A stretch of 64,000 nt of DNA from Promethearchaeota archaeon (GTDB taxonomy: Archaea > Asgardarchaeota > Heimdallarchaeia > Hodarchaeales > Hodarchaeaceae). The stretch spans positions 1 through 64,000 of the forward strand of contig JBHLMN010000022.1 of the NCBI GenBank assembly GCA_048938105.1. Reading direction: 5' to 3'. Both the position numbers and the translations under genes were made by a program. The notes beneath the pieces were generated by a model. The model was not told the origin of the DNA and made no database searches. It saw only the letters and a list, made by a program, of their open reading frames with translations. This document shows, piece by piece, positions 61,647 to 64,000 of the stretch. Each line of letters opens with the position of its first letter. The first letter of the stretch is position 1.

Positions 61647-64000
61647 TTGAGATTTCTTCAACTGCGGATGACATTCAGTTTAGCTTGGCGAAACGTAACT
61701 AGATCTAGATATCGGAGCTTTCTCTTGATACTAGGCATTCTCCTCACAGTTGCTTTAGAAACAGGGATTGCAGTAAGTGTAGATACACTTTATGATGATT
61801 TTTTATTAGAAAATAGAAATAATAATTATACTGATATTACTGTGAATCCTGTAACTTGGCAAGATTCAGCTAGTTTAGAGGTGTTAGCAAAAGAAGTCCG
61901 TCAGATATCTGGAGTCTCTAAAGCTAGTCCAGCTTTGTTTTTGAGTGTTAATCAATTTATATCGCAGCAAGTGTCTCAAAATGTACTAGTATATGGGATT
62001 GATCCCAAGAATCACCCAGATATGGCTCATTTAGATCTAATTTCAGGATCAAGAACTCTCCAGAGTGATACGATTATTATTTCAGAACATTTATCTACAG
62101 TGTCAGGATTCCAAGTGGGGGACTCTGTTGATCTATCTTCTATAAGAGATGACCTTAATATTCTCAGAGTAACCATAGGGGGGATAATTTCAGATAAATC
62201 TTGTATTGGTAATAAAATAGGCTTTCTTTTCATCCTAGTTGATTTTCAGACTTTATTAAGAGTCATTCCAGAGGGATTGAGGTCTCATATCTTAATACAG
62301 GAGATAGATGTCTCAGTGAAAGATCTCTTAAGAATAAATGGAATAGCAGAGAAGATTGAAGATAAAGTGGGCCTAAACAATTATGTTTTCGTTGAGAAAG
62401 ATATTTCAGAAATTAAATCAGCTGGAATTCGTGCATACCAAACCGCCATGAATCTTGTGATCATAGCATCTTTTGTCGTAGAATTTTTATTCATTACTAA
62501 CATTCTAGCTATCGCTATTAAAGACAGGCAAAAAGAATTAGGTATTTTGAGAGCTACAGGAGCAAATTCTTGGCAATTCATCAAGTTTATAGGGGTAGAA
62601 GTTTTAATATACGCAATCATTGGGAGTACCTTTGGTATATTCGTTGGAATCGGGTTTTCTCAGATTTTAGTTGATTTCATGGACAACTATTATACAAGCA
62701 TTGAGTTTCAATCCATTTCATTACACTTTTCATCAATATTCGCAACTTTCCTGTCAGGAATTATCGTCGCCTTAATTTCAGGGCTTTACCCCATATTCTT
62801 AGCCCAAACATTACCTGTGGTTCAGAATATTCATTCACGGATGACAACAGCTAAATCTCATAATATTTTCACAGTTACAATGTGGAAATACACAATAGGA
62901 TCAGGAGTCTCTCTTGCAATTACTGCATTTATCTTACAGATCTTCATTGGCCCTTCTCGTTTTCTGGATTTTTCCCTTCTTTCCGCTCATTTTCTAACAG
63001 TTGTAATGATTTTTTCAGGGACTCTATTGATAGAAATAGGAATCCTGGCGTTTTTACCTCGAATTGCTATGAGAGTTCTTTTTTGGTTTGATATCATTAC
63101 ACGAACCATTTCAATTCGGAATATTGCTAGGGAATTTCAAAAATCGTTATTTACAATTATGACAGCTGCTTTAGCTCTAACTTTTATAATCATAGTAGGA
63201 ACAGTATCTGCAGCAATCATTGAAGAAGTTCCCGATTATTTTCAGAGTCAATGGGGAAGCATCGACGCAATAGTCGAGGCACGAGATGACAATCTCCTTC
63301 CCATCAATAGTACTCAGCTTCTTGAGAAACGAGGAGTCATTGCCAAAGCTGCCTTTATCCAAGAAACACGGACTCAAATAGACTCAACAAATGGATATAT
63401 CTATGGTGTTGATCCCACTCAATATAGCTTTTTTGCTGAACCCATATTAACCTCAGATTATGATCTACCATCATATTTAATCCTAAATGCATCAACAACA
63501 AACACAATTAATGGCTTAGTCTCTCAGATTCTCTTTCAACAGTTACGTTCGCCGTTAGGATCTAGCGTCTTAGTCAAAATAGCTGATAATAGTACAGTAA
63601 ATGTTACTCTGGCAGCAGTCATCAAAGCAAATATCTTCCTTGGAAGTGGAGAGTACTTATATATTAGTTCCGGTCATTTCCAAGATTATTTCAATTCTAC
63701 AATGGCTAAATGGTTTTTATGTAAACAAAGTGGTGAATCAGCTTCCATTGAGGGAGCTATTAAACTTGCTCTTCCAGAGATAAAAGAAATCACAATGATT
63801 AATTCCATTGCTGAACTTGTGGAAGAAACATTGCTATTTCAATCGGCTATTTTTCAGGTTTTGTTTATAGAATCATTTGTTCTTGCAGCAATCGCCCAAT
63901 TTGTTTGTATTCTCATGTCTACTTTACGTATGGAACGAGAAATGGGTATTATGCGTAGTCTTGGATTATCGAAAGAAAAAGTGTTTTCTATTTTTATGTG
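61647..64000 (+). CDS. FtsX/MacB-type ABC permease, truncated by the window end (absent from the ORF track)
   Basis: TTG after AGGAGG; AWRNVTRSRYRS, DRQKELGILRATGA and EREMGIMRSLGL are all in one frame. Confidence 0.9.
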   Translation, partial: MRFLQLRMTFSLAWRNVTRSRYRSFLLILGILLTVALETGIAVSVDTLYDDFLLENRNNNYTDITVNPVTWQDSASLEVLAKEVRQISGVSKASPALFLSVNQFISQQVSQNVLVYGIDPKNHPDMAHLDLISGSRTLQSDTIIISEHLSTVSGFQVGDSVDLSSIRDDLNILRVTIGGIISDKSCIGNKIGFLFILVDFQTLLRVIPEGLRSHILIQEIDVSVKDLLRINGIAEKIEDKVGLNNYVFVEKDISEIKSAGIRAYQTAMNLVIIASFVVEFLFITNILAIAIKDRQKELGILRATGANSWQFIKFIGVEVLIYAIIGSTFGIFVGIGFSQILVDFMDNYYTSIEFQSISLHFSSIFATFLSGIIVALISGLYPIFLAQTLPVVQNIHSRMTTAKSHNIFTVTMWKYTIGSGVSLAITAFILQIFIGPSRFLDFSLLSAHFLTVVMIFSGTLLIEIGILAFLPRIAMRVLFWFDIITRTISIRNIAREFQKSLFTIMTAALALTFIIIVGTVSAAIIEEVPDYFQSQWGSIDAIVEARDDNLLPINSTQLLEKRGVIAKAAFIQETRTQIDSTNGYIYGVDPTQYSFFAEPILTSDYDLPSYLILNASTTNTINGLVSQILFQQLRSPLGSSVLVKIADNSTVNVTLAAVIKANIFLGSGEYLYISSGHFQDYFNSTMAKWFLCKQSGESASIEGAIKLALPEIKEITMINSIAELVEETLLFQSAIFQVLFIESFVLAAIAQFVCILMSTLRMEREMGIMRSLGLSKEKVFSIFM

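Noticed and set aside
573-63783. Many short ORF-track entries antisense or out of frame within long genes (e.g. 573-854, 13003-13254, 42911-43123, 55221-55574, 62027-63783)
   Set aside because: Shadow ORFs of well-supported genes; some recur only because the host gene is internally repeated.
1-64000. tRNA/rRNA genes, transposases, or an alternative genetic code
   Set aside because: No GC-rich cloverleaf or rRNA-like tract and no DDE/HUH/integrase motifs were seen, and long conserved ORFs terminate properly at TAA, TAG and TGA.

Overview
AT-rich archaeal DNA, most consistent with an Asgard archaeon of Heimdallarchaeia/Hodarchaeales type. This is inferred from a Rab-like small GTPase, long TPR proteins, many NosD/pectin-lyase-like surface proteins with C-terminal anchors, and archaeal TATA and SD signals. 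I found no rRNA, tRNA, CRISPR array, transposase, integrase or core housekeeping operon. The window is an accessory region of mostly 1-3 gene units in mixed orientation: surface proteins, two orphan family-5 solute-binding proteins, FtsX/MacB-type ABC systems, stand-alone enzymes, an orphan histidine kinase and a VapBC module. The main unexplained structure is intergenic. A degenerate repeat of about 120-180 bp, with an inner GGAGGGG-N33-CTCCTCC dyad, recurs in at least 8 intergenic gaps (probably 12 or more), always on the + strand. Several 33-556 bp gene and promoter fragments are also duplicated within the window, always as direct repeats. Together these suggest a repeat-delimited, cassette-like gene array that duplicates and deletes units, i.e. 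an integron-like architecture without canonical attC sites. That is a hypothesis, and no recombinase is visible here. Also notable: circularly permuted family-5 solute-binding proteins, a shuffled 4-TM module, a candidate PxNVIxGL C-terminal sorting signal, and probable ATA/ATT start codons. All alignments were done by eye.
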